A DNA stretch of 64,000 nt, taken from assembly GCA_026770705.1 (NCBI GenBank), contig JANJGN010000076.1:2170001-2234000 (forward strand). The letters run 5' to 3'. Origin of the DNA: Isurus oxyrinchus (lineage: Eukaryota). The notes beneath the pieces were generated by a model. That model was not told the DNA's origin. It ran no database searches and saw nothing but the letters and a program-made list of their open reading frames with translations. The translations under genes and the position numbers were made by a program. The number at the start of each line of letters is the position of its first letter. Position 1 is the stretch's first letter. Below, one piece after another: positions 61,556-64,000 of the stretch.

Positions 61556-62706
61556 GCTCTCTAAGAGGTGATGTTGCACGGCGTAACTTTACACGTAAAG
61601 TACGTAAAGAGCAGCCTTGGTTTCATGTTTTGCAGGAAAACATTCCCCACCCCCTTGTCTGTTCCGATCCTAATCCATGTCCTTTATTTAAAAAAAATAA
61701 TTTTATAATCAGTTCCCCAGAAATGTACTTGGAGAGTGAACATGTGGTGTCACCAGTGTTTTCAAATGTTGACTCATTTTCTATGAATATTTTGTCTCAT
61801 AGAATTGCCCTACTTTCCATTCAGCCTTTTTCTTCTGTCACCACTCAGTTGGAGATAAGGAGCCGCCGTTAGAGCCGGAAATGCACCTGTCTCGTTCTGT
61901 CTCACCTTGTACAGCAACTGTCACTCCCAGGTTACAGCAGCAGCGAGAAGCGTCACCTCACGAGGTGGTTTTAACATAACCTCAACAGTTAAAAATGCCC
62001 ACGTGTGTTTTACGTCTCATGGAAGCTTTGCTGTGGCAAAAGCGATATCATTAGAATTTCATTGCCTATGCAAATTATTGCACTTGTTAATGTCACAGAA
62101 GGAAGTAAAATACAAAGTATCGTTTTGATGAGCAGTTGGTAACAAATAATGTACAGAATTGTCCAAAGGGGAAACCTTTTATTTATATGTCCCTTGTTTA
62201 TTTTTTGTGAAGTCCAGGCAGGACTCTAATATCCTGGTGCCTCTAACTGAACTCAAACAAAAAAACAAAGGTTCAATATTTACAAAATATTCCCTGCAAG
62301 TTAATGACTTCTGCCACGTTCTGTGACACGCTACATTATATACAATATGTTGGTGAACTTCAATGTACTTGGTGAAATTCAATCGTAATTTCCAGCTGTT
62401 AGTCATTGCAACAAGTTCACACTTGCGTCGAGAGTGAATAATCTAAATTTGATGCTGTAAAAATATATTGCTTCCTTCCCTCTGAATAAACTCGTTATCC
62501 TGTTTGGATTTTTGATGCTTGCAGCTTGGTCAATTGTAACGTTTCCTTTCTCATTGCCTGGAGAATCGTAGCCCTGGTTAACCGCTAAGATTGAACATTA
62601 CGACATATCAGTGGGGATACAAGAAGGGAACATCGATCCTCAATGCGGCTAGTTTCAGAGGTCAATTTGTGCCATTTTCTCTAGGTTACTATGTTAATAC
62701 ACGTTA

Positions 62707-62764
62707 ATGAAAGCGGCAGTGCGCTTACTCCTTTTCGGTGCCGTGTTTGGAGCACTTATCACGG
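62707..62764 (+). pseudogene. Leader exon of V segment 2 (MKAAVRLLLFGAVFGALIT)
   Basis: Hydrophobic signal peptide, phase-1 GTAAAT donor, 85-nt intron. Confidence 0.85.
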
Positions 62765-62849
62765 GTAAATATTCTTGGAAGTATTTTTGAACCAAACGTA
62801 ACAGCACTTTAAAAATGGGTTAGCGTTTGATTTTATTTTCCATTTAAAG

Positions 62850-63160
62850 CTGGCCTGACTCAGGAAATCTCTGTGACACAACGCCTCCTGACAGTGGTTT
62901 GGACAAAAGGAGGCATTACAACTTCAGAATGCTTCTATTTCAGTACCAAGGGTTCCTTCAGCTTATTCTGGGTCCTGCAATACCCGGGCAAATAATTACA
63001 AATTCTACTTCGCAAGATTTCGGCTGGTTACCAAATAAGAGCACATTCTGCTCGAAGCCTTTTCTCGTCTGTACTGGTCACTACGAATACCATCATTATC
63101 TTAAAATTCTCCAAACTGCGGCTCTCTGACGCAGCCTATGTATTACTGCGTATTGACACT
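62850..63160 (+). pseudogene. TCR V-alpha/delta-type segment V2, with stop and frameshift
   Basis: QEISVTQ..SECFY..LFWVLQYPGK*LQILL..LRLSDAA(+1)MYYCVLT. TAA at 62993-62995. Confidence 0.9.
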
Positions 63161-63199
63161 CACAGCAATTAGAACCAGCCCGACAATCGTACAATAACT
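63161..63199 (+). other. 23-RSS of V2 (CACAGCA-23-ACAATAACT)
   Basis: Exact 23-nt spacer, near-consensus heptamer and nonamer. Confidence 0.9.
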
Positions 63200-64000
63200 T
63201 GGTGGGCCCATGTGACTTGGAGGTAAGCTCTCATTGCGACTGTGGAACCTGGTAGTGAGAAGAACAGCACTCGCTATACGGTGTGCTGTCAGGGTCACAG
63301 GACAAATATAATATAGCGGTTCAGATAAATATTTGCAAACGGTACCAAAGCCTCAAATGTACCAATATGGCTTATAGAGTGGAATGAGTTAGATTTAATT
63401 TCCCAGTTATCGATCCAAACATGAAAGTCATATTTCTCTGGTGCATCTCTAGTGAAATGGTAAAGAAAGGCTTCAGCAAGGACTGGATTTACATTATAGT
63501 GATTTTTTAAAAAACTTTGTCGATGACGTGAGTTTCAGTGAGTAGCGCACAGTTTCATAGAAAGCATTTCCAAGCGGTTAAGGTAGATCAGTTCAGTCAA
63601 GGGCAGATTTCCTTGCTTGGGAGGTCACTTTGCTTACTATAGATATGTCAGGAATGAGCTTGTCTTCATCTCTCTTGGTTATGTGGTAACCTTCAGCTCC
63701 ATACGGTATACCCTCAGAAAATGCCTCTATCGAGGCAGGTGACATAAGAAATGCGGGGAGTCCCTGTTGGGCGCTGTAATTGTCTTCCCTTGAATGATTA
63801 GATTGGCAGTTCAGCCAAAGCCAAAGTCTTTTGAGTGATCCTTGCTAAAGCTGATATTCTTTCGCAGCTAAATCGGGAGAAGTAATGTGCTGGAACACGT
63901 AACATGTAATAAGAGAGAAAGTAACGTTCAAAGAGTTGATATTAGGGCAGGTACGAATCAGCGATTCCTCTTCAACCAGGGAGCTGTAATAGGAATTCGC

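Noticed and set aside
61915-62260. Possible further V relic after a good splice acceptor
   Set aside because: No conserved Cys/Trp/YYC and no convincing RSS.

Overview
Eukaryotic, repeat-rich DNA, most likely from a cartilaginous fish (inferred from the repeat families and the Ig/TCR/GPCR sequence style). It holds: (i) two copies of Ig heavy-chain membrane exons TM1+TM2 with a shared 3' UTR (~0.4 kb and ~40.9 kb), and no CH exons are recognisable upstream of the second copy; (ii) a cluster of two-exon GPR139-like class A GPCRs: C looks intact, A has a mutated splice donor, B is broken by a short insertion with a 12-bp TSD, and D is a truncated relic; (iii) T-cell-receptor V-alpha/delta-type pseudogene segments with 23-RSS at 58.8-63.2 kb, which suggests the 5' edge of a TCRalpha/delta V array; (iv) many CR1 and L2/CR1-group LINE fragments, SINEs, Penelope-like relics, short Penelope-derived elements with hammerhead-like cores, a Harbinger Myb/SANT relic, and several minisatellites. 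Most of the short ORFs in the track are repeat-derived or spurious. Repeat boundaries are approximate and all family assignments are by eye.
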